Below, piece after piece: positions 24,109-37,214 of a DNA stretch of 64,000 bases. The notes under the pieces are model-generated. The model did no database searches. It saw nothing but the letters and a program-made list of their open reading frames with translations, and was not told where the DNA came from. The translations under genes were made by a program, and so were the position numbers. Numbering within the stretch: the first letter of the stretch is position 1; each line of letters opens with the position of its first letter. The DNA comes from Callorhinchus milii (taxonomy: Eukaryota), in the NCBI RefSeq assembly GCF_018977255.1, contig NW_024705000.1:1-64000 (forward strand). The letters are read 5' to 3'.

Positions 24109-27100
24109 TTATCTGAGTCGAACACAGAGCTGGAATGGCATTGGGCTGCGGGTGATCCCATATTTGGTGCGGGTGTAGCTGGGTTTGGGCTCGTTCTCCG
24201 GCAGGAAGAATGTGAATCGTTGGAGCAAGGAAGTGAAGAACAGGAAGAGTTCCATCTTCGCCAACTGCTCCCCCAGGCACACGCGAGGCCCTGCGGGGGG
24301 GAATAACACAGACAACAAATTATAACATATTATATATATTAAATTATATTATAAATTATAATAATCCTTGCATTCGATATAGTGCTTGATCATGTCTTCG
24401 AGATGTCTCACAGCACTTCACAGAATATATTGTAAAGTGTAGTGACTGAGTATTTTATGAGTGTAAACACTCCTGTGAATTGCACACAGCAGTGTCCCCC
24501 GAACAGTCATGGTGTAGTTTGAGTGAACCACAACCTTCTGACTCAAGAGGTGAGATCGCTACCAACTGAGCCGGGCTGGCATCTGAGCCGCCCAACACCT
24601 TGGGACATCCTCCCGATGTGAGAGGTGCATGTTGTTGTTATTATCAAAGCAACATAAAGCCGCCATGTTGTAGCTCCCGCTCTCGCTCTCGTGCGCTGTG
24701 TTACCTGCAGAGAAGGGGATGAAGGCTTCCGGCTTCACAAACCGCCCACTGTCGTTAAGGAAATGACCCGGATTAAACTCGTGCGGCTTCGCCCAAAATT
24801 TGGGATCGTAGAGGGCGGAGGAGAGGTTTGGTATAACCATCGTTCCCTGTGGAAACAGAAACGTTAGCCCAGGAGGTGACTGGAAAAACTTTACCTTCCG
24901 ACATGAGAGGCGCTATATCATTGTAATGTCACCCAGAGCCACCTTTGGAATGGAGAACCCCATGATCTCTGTATCTCTGGACGTCTCATGTGGCAATGAG
25001 TTTGGGACAATGCTTCCGAAGCGTTGGGTTTCGTGGATGACAGCGTTGGTGAATGCCATCGTCTTCTGGTTCCCCAGAGCCGGCTTCCTCTCCGTCCCGA
25101 TCACTTGGTCAATCTCTTCCTGGACCTTCTCTGCAGTGGGGAAGAAAATTGGCCACTGATTACACACTTTGTAGTTGACAGTAGGGAAACACCCCATGTC
25201 CATCGCATGGATTTAGAAAGACTGGAAACAGCACGGGAACAGAAAATAGAAAGAAATCCTTGCATTTCATACAGCGCTGGATCAGGTCATTGACATGTCT
25301 CAAAGTGCTTCACAGGATATACTGTAAAGTGGAGTGACTGGTGTATTATGTGGACGAAACGCGTCAGCCGATCGCCTTTCTCGACTCCCATACGTAGGGG
25401 ACCCCCCCCACCTAGTAACGCCACAGCCAGATGGGAATCCTTACCCTGGATATCGGGGAATAAGACCATGAAGAGCAGCCCCCAACGGAGGGTGGTGGAG
25501 GTGGTCTCGGTACCGGCTCCGAAGAGATCCAGGGTTGTGCTGTACAGGCTGGTCTCAGTGAAGCTCGTATTGGGAGTCGCCTTCATCTGCAGGTGAACTC
25601 AAGACAGTCAGTGCCAGAAACAACATTGTAAAGCAATCAGAATCACAATACAGTCAATTCCTGATAACTCACACAATATACAATCAGTTCACTTTACAGT
25701 ATATTAAAGTCTGGTACACTGTATGTTTTCGTAGGCGAAACAACTGGTGTGGGTGTATGTTTGGACTACAACGACAACAGCAACAACAAAATTACATTTG
25801 TAAATCGCCTTTCACGTCAGGAGGACATCCCAATTATATTTCACGTTGGGAGGACAGGCTAATACTCTCAAGTATTAGATTGTTGGGAAGCAGAGTGTAA
25901 AGGATTTACTTAACACAAAAGTGTTAGGGATTGAGAATCATTAGAACAACAACATCATCATCATCTAACAAATCTTCCGGTCAGTGTTACCTTCTCACAC
26001 TCCACTAAGAAGGCGTCAATGAAGTCTCTTGGCTCGTTGGGATCCCAAACTTCCTTGTGCTCAGCGACTATTTCCTGGATAAACTCAACCATCTTCTTTT
26101 GGTTCTCAAAGATTCTGCGATGGGGCCCAGGGAGGCCGTCAATAAAGGGGAACATGTTCACCAACTGCAACAGACGGACAGACAGTCAGTCAATCAGTCA
26201 GACAGACAGACAAACAGATAGACGACAGACAGACAAACAGACCAACTGGTGAAACCAACTCTATATTAGGTGGTTGGTGAGTCAGTGAGTGCCTGGAGGG
26301 CAGCGGTTTAAGAGTTTTAACCGTAGAGAGGTTAGCATATTAGAGATTTAACCTCTTATACTATTGTTGTCCAATCGACTCTGCCTTACCTTAGCCCAAA
26401 ATCCAGCCTCCAGCACCACGCTCTCATCAATTAACTCTAGTAGATGAAGGAATTTTTTATCCTGGTAGTCGAAACGATCCCCAAAAATGAGGGAGCAGAT
26501 GATATTGGAAGCAGCGTTGTTTATTCTGAAATGTGGGTCAAAAGGGTGACCTAATATAGGGAAATGGACAGCAATCAGCTATCACACCATCACAATTATA
26601 ATATAGGAACATGGGAACAGGAGGAGGCCATTCAGCCCCCTCCAACCTGTTCTGCCATTCTATTAGATCATGGCTGATTTGTACCTCAACTCCATATAAT
26701 AATAATAATAATCCTTGCATTTGATGCAGCGCCTTATCAAGTCTTTGAGACGTCTCAAAGCGCTTCACAGGATATACTGTAAAGAGAACTGACTGGGTAT
26801 TTTGTGGGCGAGATGTGGCAGTTAATTGCGCACAGCAGTGGGATTATGACCCCCGGAAAGCGATCCACCAATCAACTAACAACCGGGTTCCTACTTACTG
26901 CAAGGTGAACAGTAGGTGTGTGGACTAAGGAAACTTGCCTCTCCCAGAAATCGAACCCGGGTCCTCTCGCTTGCGAGGCGAGCGTACTAACCACTATGCT
27001 ATGGGACACTAATGTGTAGGATGAAGAGGACCCTTTCAGCCCATCTGATCTCCCCCATTCCCCCACCCCCATCACAGCGTCCTGGCCCCAGCTTCCTGGC

Positions 27101-29490
27101 ATCCCCTCTCCCAGCTGTTAATTATCCTCCGAGATAAACACACACACCACGGCTGTACTTTCCATTTGTAAACTCTGACCCATTGCCTCTTGTTTTGCTG
27201 ACTCAACGACGCCTAAAGTTACGAACCGTTCCAAGTTATGAACACTTTGACCCCTTTTTGTATAGTTTGGACGGTATATCGATCACATGTTGCTGATTGT
27301 CTGCTTTAAGGGTCTGAATCACTCTGTGTAACTCCACATCTAAGAGGGAAAGAGAGTCGCGTTCTCAGACTAAGTCTCTGTGATGTCTAACATTTGCCTG
27401 AAAACAGCGGCGGACTGGCGATACGGTAAGTGGGGAAATCTCCCAAACCCCATAATTCGCCCCCCCCCCAACCCCATATTTCGCTCCCGAGCGATTGGCT
27501 ACCAAGCACCACCCACCCCCATGCCCCCCGCCCCCGACACCACCATGAAGCGGAGCCCCTATTTTACATCCCAATCCCGAATCCTTTCAGTCGGTCGCTG
27601 TCAGAAAGTTACAGGGTAACGAGGAGGTGAATTCCCTGGTAATTTCTCACCAATCTCGGCTTCGAATTCATCGTTTAAAAAGCTCGCCTCCTCCACGATT
27701 CGGGCCTCCAGAGAGTTCTTCCCCAACCCAAAGTTCTTCAGCGTGGAGAGAGCAAACCTCCTTTGATCCCGCCACCACTTGCCGAACCTTGCAAAGAGAA
27801 TGCCTGCAAACAGCGTTGGGAGGGGGACAGGTTGGCAAACTTCTGACTCAAAGAAAAGAGGGTTCTAACGGCTTCCATCGCAAGACACGGTTTATATCTA
27901 TCTAAATGCTGTGCAACTGCAAACTGCTGTTGCTGCACACGGGAAGAAGGTCGGAGTTGGGAGAAATCCCTGTGTGGTTAAAAGGGACGTTGATTAAATC
28001 ACGCACATAATAATAATAATCCTTGCATTTGATACATCGCCTTATCGTGTCAAAGTGCTTCAGAGAATTATATTGTGAAGTGGACTGACTGGGTATATTT
28101 TGTGGGCAAAATACAGCAGCCAATTGCGCACAGTGGTGTCCTACTAACAGTCGTGGATTGAGTGACCAAATTATTCATATTATTTATTTTTCAAGGGATT
28201 ATTATCCCCTGGAAAGTGATCCACCAATCGACCGAGGCGAGCGCGAAAACCACTGCACGACAGGACTCCTGTAGGGTGAAGAGGGGGTGTTGTCGTTCGG
28301 AGAAGTGAGCGGGGAAGCATGCGATAGTTACCTTCCCCAAACAGCTTCCCATATTTTTCATAGATGGGAAGGATCGGTCGATCGGACGTATCTTCCGATT
28401 TCTTCACCAGACCCTCCTTGATGGTCTCGTAGCCGTTCAGCACCACCACATCCGTCCACCCGAACTGCAGACTGAATATGTTGCCGTATTGACTGCAGAG
28501 CTTTGGATGAACAACAACAACGAATTACATTTACAACGCATTAGGGGTAGGAGGGCGGCCGAAGGCACGTTCACAGAGGAAGGACGTGAGATGGACCTTG
28601 AAGGAGGTGAGAGAGGGGGTGAGGTGGAAGGATTTGGGGATGTAGTTCCAGTGGATGGGGGAGGAACAGCTGAAGACCCGACTGACAATGGTGGGCCGGG
28701 CAGGACGGGGGACATGGGAGTAGGTCAGTACCCGCCGAGCGGAGAGGTTGATCTGGTGGTAAGAGGTTGCAGAGGTAGGGTTGTACACCAGATCATTGAT
28801 GAGATCTCCTGCCAGTTTGGCTTGGGTGTTTAGCACTCTCTCTCTCTCTTTCTTTAGTGTTTAATTTTTTAGGCGGTTGGAGGTTCAAGTCACTACACTT
28901 TCCAGTAAAATCCTGCAAAGAGCTTTGAGATGTCCACCTGACGGAAAACACGATGTTCTAAATGTAAGGATTGTTATTATTATTATTAAAAGCAAATAGC
29001 CTGAAAGTTAAGCTGGAAGAGTGAATGAGCCTCTAAATTCCCACATTTATTTTCACCAGAATACACGGACCTCCACTGTAATATCATTCTGTCCAAAAGT
29101 TACAATGAAAGATCAGTTCTAGACGTGGGTGTGTCCCCATGTCACTAAAAAGACAGAGAGTGAAATTGAATGCAATGAAAGAAAGCAGCAGGAACCACAG
29201 AAATCAACCCAACTCTGGACAATAATAGAGACAAAGAGACCCTTTAACCATAGAGCTCTCAGTGACGCCCAGCTCTTTACCTTTTCAAACGATGTGGAAG
29301 GATTGTCGTTGCTGACGTGAAAAACACTCCCGATGAAAGGCAGCGTCCAGGGTCCCGGGGGATAGTTGATGCACTTTTGTCTCCTCTTCATGAAGTCAAA
29401 GACCAGAGCAAAGACTGTGCAGAACACGGCCAGTAAAGTGACTCTGTCAAAGCCTGGGATCAGGAACTGAGGGACAGTCAGGAACGCCAT
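24109..29490 (-). CDS. CYP2D-like P450, copy E (506 aa; most divergent 5' half, unique upstream flank)
   Basis: Exons 29490-29281, 28500-28332, 27803-27651, 26550-26390, 26164-25991, 25586-25445, 25130-24943, 24846-24705, 24290-24109. Frame and P450 motifs intact. Confidence 0.95.
28515..28835 (-). mobile_element. L2 3' end fragment in CYP E intron 1
   Basis: Degenerate L2 ORF2 end ([15 protein letters not shown]...[13 protein letters not shown]) followed by a (TTG)n tail. Confidence 0.65.
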
Positions 29491-30940
29491 GTTTCCCAGC
29501 GAGACTGGCTGTGTCTGTCTGACTGCCAGAGTGCAGAGAACAAAACTCAAGGCAGGCGGGACTTCCTAAGATTAGATCAGGACTGGAGCAGTGTCTGGAA
29601 ACTAGTTTGTAATGTTTATCTTTGCTGTACACACTTTAGTCATGTACAAATAAATGTGGTTACGTAACCCACAACTGTTTGTGGGATCCTGCCCCGTGAC
29701 CACAAAATACACAGTCAATCCACTTTACAGCATATTCTGTGTTGCACTTTGAGACGTCACAATGAGTTGATAAGGTGCTGTGTCAAATGCAAGGATCGTT
29801 ATTATTATAACTGCAATCCTCTTCCCAACAACAATTTGCATTTGCACGGTCTTAAACCACATCCAGCAATGTCAGCCTGAGGCTGAGCTGTTGGCACTCT
29901 CACCCCTGAGTCATAAGGTTGGGGTTCAAGCCCCTATATTGGGGGTCTGTGAGCTCACGGTCCGATGCTGTCTGCTGAGCTGGTGGTGGGGGGGGGGGGG
30001 GGCAGTGTTTGTGTGTATGTGGGGGGGGGGAGGAAGGAAATATTTGCACCACGTCCCCAATTTTAATAAGGTTAAATTCCAATCGTGCTTAATCAGCTGC
30101 TTGTTATTTCAATCATATTTTACTGCTGTACGTCATAGGAGTGCAGAGGTATTGCACTGCTCCACCATCACCAGCAGATGGTAACCAAACACTTCCTATC
30201 GCTCACAGGACACTGCAGGACCCGATGCAGCGAGCGAGCGCCTCATCAGGTCATCAACACGTCTCAAAGCGCTTCACAGGGCGTAGTGTGAAGTGTAAAC
30301 GCTGTGAGTTTTGTGGGCGAAACGCGGCAGCGAATTGCACTCGACGGGGTCCGACAATGCAGCACAAACCTCACCCCCCCACCGCCACCCAATCCCCAGC
30401 ACTTGCATGGGAGCGTCATCTCAAGACTATGTGATTCCAAGTCCCGAGGTGTGTGTGTGTGTGTTTTGAGGGTGTGGGTGGGGGGGGGGGGATCAGGCTT
30501 AATCCCATACGTTATTCGGTCCACACTGCCGCAAACAAACCAGATGTTGGCGTCCACTCAAGTCAAAGGGGAACCCAAAACATCTGCAAGAGTAAAGGGA
30601 AAGGAAGAAAAGAATGCACTTACAAACAGGAAAGGAGACTAAGCCACTCTTTAATTTTGCTTACAACTAACAAGTGTACAAAAAAAGTCTCTTATGGTTT
30701 CACAGAAAATGAGAGGGGGTGGGGGGGTGGGGGGGAGGAGAGGGGAGGAGGGGAGGGGGTCGTCTTTTCCCCCCAACACCCCCTATCCCCCATTCCTCTG
30801 CCCGTCTCTGCACAAAATTGCAACATCATATCAGGAAAGCCTGGGTCATGTTTTATTCTTCTCCCCCCCCGCCTCCCCCCCAACCACCAACACCCCCCCA
30901 CCCCCCACCACTCTTTCCCCACCTCCCCACCGCTATTTCT

Positions 30941-31879
30941 TCAATACTCCTCCTGTTCATGTTCGTCCGGTCGCTGCTCGCTCGTGCTGTCGGGTTGAGC
31001 GAAGGTGTCGCCCACGCTGTACAGCACCTTCTCCACCTGCTGGATGACCGTGTGGCTGTCCGCCTGGTTCTCCTGGCAGATCACCTCGATGCCCCTCAAC
31101 TTCCCAAAGTAAAAGTCTCTCTCCTTCTCCAGCTCCTCCAGCGCCACTTTCAGCGTCTTCACCTCTTCGGCCAGCTCGGCGGCTTGTGTGTCCCCGTTGC
31201 CCGCCATGCCTGGCCGCTCCCGGTTCCCGCCTCCCCCCCGCGTGACCCCCATCTTAGCGGGCGTCGGAGCCATAGCTTTGGAGACCACAACGCCCTTCGA
31301 CCTGGACAGGTGGGTCCCGGACGAAGTGGACTTGAGCAGGGTCTTCCTGTCCGGTACGGCTAGACCGCCAACTCCCCGGCTCCCGTCGGTGCTGAGGGTC
31401 TTCTTGGGCTTGTTGAAGACGGTTGTGTCCTGGTGATTGAGGTGGTGCAGACCGGTGGGCGTTGGAGGAGGCCCCGTGTCCTGGCCTTGACGAGCCAGCA
31501 GCGGCTCATACTCCCTCCCGTTGTAGTTGGCGTCAAAGAACCTCTTGAACCACTGCACAAACTCAAAGTTGTCCTGGAACTTGCCCTTGACCAGCTTGTC
31601 CACCGGGATGATCTTCTCCACCCCCGTCTTCTTGAAGGCCAACTGCAGCAGCTTGAAGTTGTGGATGAACTCGTGCTCCAGCTTGGCTTGGAACTTGACC
31701 TTCTTGAGACCAATGCAACCAGGGAACATCATATCCATCAGCTGACAGTAGGCAGCGCCCGAGCAAAGCTGCTCCGTCCTGGTGTAAGCCACCCGCAGGG
31801 CGTCATTGACCCAAGCCAACATCTCGTGGCGGCTCAGGTTGTCATTGGTCGCCGAGGGGCAGTGAACGTTAACCGCCAT
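30941..31879 (-). CDS. Microtubule end-binding protein (RP/EB family, MAPRE-like), intronless, 312 aa
   Basis: Single [30 protein letters not shown] domain motifs GAAYCQ and [18 protein letters not shown] motif [17 protein letters not shown]-terminal EEY. ATG at 31879 (the track starts at the GTG before it). MAPRE1 vs MAPRE3 cannot be resolved by eye. Confidence 0.95.
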   Translation of the reverse strand: MAVNVHCPSATNDNLSRHEMLAWVNDALRVAYTRTEQLCSGAAYCQLMDMMFPGCIGLKKVKFQAKLEHEFIHNFKLLQLAFKKTGVEKIIPVDKLVKGKFQDNFEFVQWFKRFFDANYNGREYEPLLARQGQDTGPPPTPTGLHHLNHQDTTVFNKPKKTLSTDGSRGVGGLAVPDRKTLLKSTSSGTHLSRSKGVVVSKAMAPTPAKMGVTRGGGGNRERPGMAGNGDTQAAELAEEVKTLKVALEELEKERDFYFGKLRGIEVICQENQADSHTVIQQVEKVLYSVGDTFAQPDSTSEQRPDEHEQEEY

Positions 31880-32329
31880 CACCTTGGGCCTTGTCTTTGG
31901 TTTCCTCTAAGCCCCAGGCTGGTTGGTCCCTACTCCGCTTATTTATGTACAGATTATAAATATATATATTTATACAGTAAATACTAAAAAAAAATTCCCC
32001 TCTTGTTATTAAACTTGTCGGCCGCCTGTCTTTCCTTCCCCTGTCCCTCTCCCCCTCTCCCCCACCCCTTTCACCCCGGGCTGTTTAAACTGTAATAGCC
32101 ATGATGTAGCCGTGAGGTCACAATAAGCCCCCCAGAGAGATGTGCTCACTCACTCGCGCCCTAACCGGTTGTTTTTTATACATACGTATAATATATATAT
32201 ATATATATAGGTATTGGTTCAAATCGAAACAACCTTAAACTGGGTTCCAACACACACGGAATCCGTACCGTGCTTGTTTTAAGGAATTTTCTTCCAAGGA
32301 GAAATCTGTTCAGGGGGACGCAGAGCCTG

Positions 32330-32732
32330 TCACGGGGATGGGCTTCCGCATCTGTCAGACACCCGGCTGATCGGGGGGATGGGTTTCCGTGCGTGTCAGA
32401 CACCCAACTGATCACAGTGATGGGTTTCCGTGCGTGTCAGACACCCGGCTGATCAAGGTGATGGGTTTCCGTGTGTGCCAGACACCCGGCTGATCAAGGT
32501 GATGGGTTTCCGTGTGTGCCAGACACCCGGCTGATCAAGGTGATGGGTTTCCGTGCGTGCCAGACACCCGGCTGATCAAGGTGATGGGTTTCCGTGCGTG
32601 TCAGACACCCGGCTGATCAAGGTGATGGGTTTCCGTGCGTGTCAGACACCCGGCTGATCAAGGTGATGGGTTTCCGTGTGTGCCAGACACCCGGCTGATC
32701 AAGGTGATGGGTTTCCGTGTGTGTCAGACACC
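32330..32732 (+). repeat. 41-bp minisatellite, ~9 copies
   Basis: Unit GTCAGACACCCGGCTGATCAAGGTGATGGGTTTCCGTGCGT repeated head-to-tail with few substitutions. Confidence 0.95.
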
Positions 32733-35700
32733 CCGCAAAAACAGTATGAAAGCGGGGTTTGGCAGGTGTTGGGGTTTGTAACTTTGCCAGATAAACGCCT
32801 GCGGGTCAACGAAACCTCAGCCAATCGAGTAAATCGACACTAAGATTTCACATAATGGCATTCCACACAGTCGGGGCGTTGCAATAACTGGAACCTTTCC
32901 AGTACACAGGTCAGAGGCCTGCTCTCTCTCTCTCTCTCCACATTTATGCGTATTAGCGAGGATAACTGAGCCGAGGGCACATCATTGGACTGCACACAGT
33001 GGGCTCGAGCAGAGATTCCAGAATTAATGAAGGAACGCAAGACTTTCACTGAAACCTTGGGCAATTGGACAGGCTCGAGCTGCGGTTTCGTGTCTCACCG
33101 TATGTGTCAGCCTGTGGCTCAGTCGGTAGTGCTCTCTCTCACCTCGGAGTCAGAAGGTTGTGGGTTCAATCTCCACACACATACACAAATCTTGTCTCCA
33201 TGCATCTTCAGCCTTTAAATACCTATATGTACAGCCTGTTTTATATATGTGTGTATATATACATGCAATAATATTACTATTATTATACTGACCCTTGGTT
33301 TCTCTTTGTGTGTGTTGAGATTGTCACTCACCCAGCAACACAAAGACTCTATTTGCCCTTGAGAATTCCCCCAATTCCTCTGCTCAGCGGCTCAAGTTAA
33401 CATTGACACCCGAGAAGAAAAATGCTTCTGAACGGGGAATGGCGCACTCACTCACTCACGATAGTACTCTGTGCTGTGTTACTGACCTGTGCAGTTTAGT
33501 TACTCGCTCGTTGTTCAGAAGTGACTTCTCCGGGAGGTTAGTTGAAAGGAATTGGAGAGGGGTGGGGGGGTGATCCCACAGTCAAAGAGGAAAGTCTTTA
33601 GGGGCAATTGAAATACTAATATTACTACTAATAATCCTTGCAGTTGTTATAGGTTTCTGCGTCTGGAGGACGCCTCAAATCACTTCCCAGGATTTACCAT
33701 CACATGGAGTGACTTTATCTGGGGGGGCAAACGCAGTTGCCCAATGACACACAGCAACATCCTGCAAACAGCCTCGAAACAAGTGACCAATTTCATTTGG
33801 GGTGTTCGGGGGGCGGGGGCGACTGTTGGGACAGGATGTTGAGAGAGCAAAACTCTCCTCTTTTCGAATAGCGCCACGGGATCTTGTAACGTTCACCTGA
33901 ACAGGCACAGACCGGACCTCGAGTGGGAAAGAACGAGTGGGTGGGTGGGGTGGGGGGAGCAAGGCGGGGGGAATGAGGCAGTGAGCTTCCATCGGTACAG
34001 GGCGTAGTGACCTAAGGCTCAGCTCCCGATGTGGAATGGTCAGCCGGGACTTACTTCCCTCTTGCAATAGTGCTTCGAGAGCAGAAAAAGATGCAGTAAG
34101 GGTTAAAGCTTTCCCTTTGAAAACAACGAGGGTTGGGCTGAGCAGATACTGTAGCAAACAGGTTGCTTTCTTAGCCAGAATTAGCTGTGTTGCACTCTCC
34201 CTTGGGCTCTGTACAACTGACTTACTAACTGGCAGATTTCCTCTGTTATCGTGGAGCCCAGCTGCCGAGTGATAAACAGCACGCCTCACATTATACGGTC
34301 CTCACAACACTCTAGCGCACACGCATTTGCGTTAACCACAAAAAACTCGCACACTGCACTGCAACGACGACAGCAATTTGCAGTTATCCTTCGGATGAGA
34401 CGTTAAACCGAGCTCTCCGTCTGCCTGTTCACGTGGCCGGTCAAAGTTAAAAGATCCTGAGGCGCTAATCGAAAAGAGAAGAGTTTCTCTCCGGTATCCT
34501 GGCCAACAATCTCCCAAATCAAATCGTTCATTTACTCCGTGGCTGTTTGTGGGATGTTGAGGTGCGCAAACTGGCTGCTGTGTTTCACCCACAAAATACA
34601 CAAGTCAATCCACTTTACACTATATCTTGTGAAGCGCTCTGAGACGTCCTTCCGACAAATGCAAGGATGATTATTATGTGGGGTAAATATGGTCAGGTTG
34701 GGGGGGGGGGGGGGGGAGGGGGAGAGGAAGGAGCGACATCTCTCGGGTAGGAAACAGAGAGAATTTCAGGGCAATGTGCCGGGAGCTCTAAAGTCCAGAT
34801 AAACGAGGGTAAATTGGGTGCTCAGCTTTTAACGTCTGAATACGAACAATAAGGAGCTTTGACAATAGCTGAGAGAGTCAGAGAAGGTTACAGTGCGGAG
34901 AGAGAACGCCAAACTAACCACTTCCACAGCTGTTAATATATCAGCGTTGCTCACCCCCCGGCCGACAAGCTCCCCCACCCCAACACAGTTGTTATTACAA
35001 GAACGGCTGAGATTTATCGCACGGACGTTAAAGGAAAACAATAGGAGAGAGTTTTTAAAACAGAAAGCGACATAAATCATCCCCGCACTTCAGGTAATGG
35101 GAGTCACGAAGTAAGGGTGGTCCAGGGGGAAATATTAAAGTCCAAAGATTTTTTGCGCTGTTCATCTCTTCAAAATCTGCTATTGAATAACCTGAGGTTT
35201 GATCCCTCCATCTCCCTCTCTCTGGTTTATGCTCCTCTAAGGCAGGCTATTGGTATGAGTGCCAGATCTTTAACATCCAGCTGAAAAGGCAGACGAGGAC
35301 CTCGGTTAAACATCTCACCTAAAAGGTCGGCACCTCCAACAATGCAGCCCCGTCTCCCCCAGCCCCAAACTTTGAGCTTAGGATAAGTAACATATAACCT
35401 TCAGGAGAAGGAGTGAGGGGCGAGGGGGAAGTGAGAGAGGAGAAAGCGAAAAAAGTGTGCAACAGAGGGAAAGACAAAGCTTCCGAACTTTTCCACTTCC
35501 TTGAATTTGCACACCTGTCTCCGCAAAAGCAGAAGTGAAATGCAAGAATGATTTAGGGGTCGGTGTGTCTGTATCAAAAACCTGTTGCCCCGTCAGCATG
35601 GACCGTGCTTACCTTCTTCTTAATTCCTGCCTCGTAACATGTGTACTTATGGTTTTGGCGAATATATTTAGCCCTTCACTTACCCAGGTGCATTGATCCA

Positions 35701-37214
35701 CCCTGGTTGCTGCCGCCACTTAATAGTAATAATACTAATCCTCGCATTTGATGTAGCACCTCATCACGTCTCAGAACGCTTCACAGGATATACTGTCAAG
35801 TGAATTGATTGTGTATTTTGTGGATGAAATATGGAACCGAGACAGCGCATCCTAGAGCATAAACCACCTGTAATTCAACGCAGATTTGCACTTAACTAGC
35901 GATCCTGGCCAAGGGATGGGAAGTATAGGTAGGTGGCTGGTGCAGCGGGGGGCTGACACTGATTAAGAGTACCCAGACCAGACGAAGAGATTCACATTTG
36001 ACAGGTGGAGTTTTGTCTGACCAACGCTCTCCAAAATGAGATGAAGTGCAAAGCGAACCCTGATGGGCATTGCTCCTGGGCAACCATTCTCTGTATTAAA
36101 CTAACACCTGAAAGCGAGCGAGAGAGAGAGAGCGCGAAAAAGAAAGAGAGAACGAGTGTCAAGCTAACCATCATGGATAATTAACTGGGCGAAAAATCAA
36201 GAGGGTCCGGGCTCGACTGTGTGCCAGTTAAAGTGTCTGGTGTTTGTAGTTACCAGGTAACCGGATTCTCCTGACGGTGGGTGACTCAAGTCAAGTCCTC
36301 TGAGTCAATGCCACCAAACCAAAGTCAAAACACAAACAAGGGGTGTCCTGACCACAAGTCATAGCGTTGCCCAACAGAAGAGCTGCTCCTAAGCCTTACC
36401 CCAGTAGGTGTGCAGGACATTATATCACGCTCGCATTACACAGGGTGAATCACAAGTCCTTACTCACAAGAGGTTTTAATAATTATGCTTTTTTAAAAAA
36501 AAGACAGCATTGGTAGAGAGCGAGCGGCTATGACAGCAGACGTCTTTCATCATCGCGTTTGTGAAAGGTTTGGTCACCGAGTCCCTCCCAACCCCAGTAC
36601 TGTTGGACGTGTCACCACTAGCAGTATACACGATGAATCAAAAGTCCTTACTCAAGAGGTCTATGTGAGACATTCAAACTGCATGCCAAGTACACGTTTA
36701 CACACACCAAAGGGAGCCACCCTTAGTTCCCTCCTTTGCTCCGTTTGGGCAAAACTGTTAACAACCGCGGTACAGAATCACGAGAGTTACTCTCAACCTC
36801 GACTTTTCATACAATACAGAGTAGCTGCTGCCGCTTTCATATCTGACTTTGTGATTTCTAAACACAGGGGGTAGATTTTTTATGGGGTGGGGGGAGGGGG
36901 AAAGGTAGGCTTATGTCATGATCCTGTACAAGTCAAGTACTGAAGGGTATTGTGCACTAGGCAGTGCGTTTACACAACTTGCATTTACACAGCACCCTCA
37001 GCATAGGATGTCGGAGAGCACTTCGTAGTGATGGGGATCAGACCCCGAGTGAGGGAGAAGTGGAGGGGGGGGGGGGGGGGGGGTGGAGATGTGACTGTAT
37101 AGGCGTGGTGGAAGGGGTAAGTAGGATTTAAAGACGGAGAGAGCGTGGGACGGGTGAGATAGAGACGTAGTGGTTGATCAGCAGTGGGAAGAAGAGGTCA
37201 TACAGAACATCCAA

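Noticed and set aside
30694-31987. Plus-strand ORFs overlapping the MAPRE-like gene
   Set aside because: Antisense shadows of a GC-rich CDS and low-complexity sequence.
32330-32732. CRISPR-like array
   Set aside because: The units abut with no unique spacers, no cas genes are present, and the context is vertebrate. It is a minisatellite.
33675-34289. 204-aa ORF as a gene
   Set aside because: The 3' half runs through SINE sequence and has no recognisable domain.
36240-36920. Possible LTR fragment (short direct repeat AAGTCCTTACTCA at ~36455 and ~36642)
   Set aside because: No second LTR, primer-binding site, target-site duplication or coding remnant supports it.
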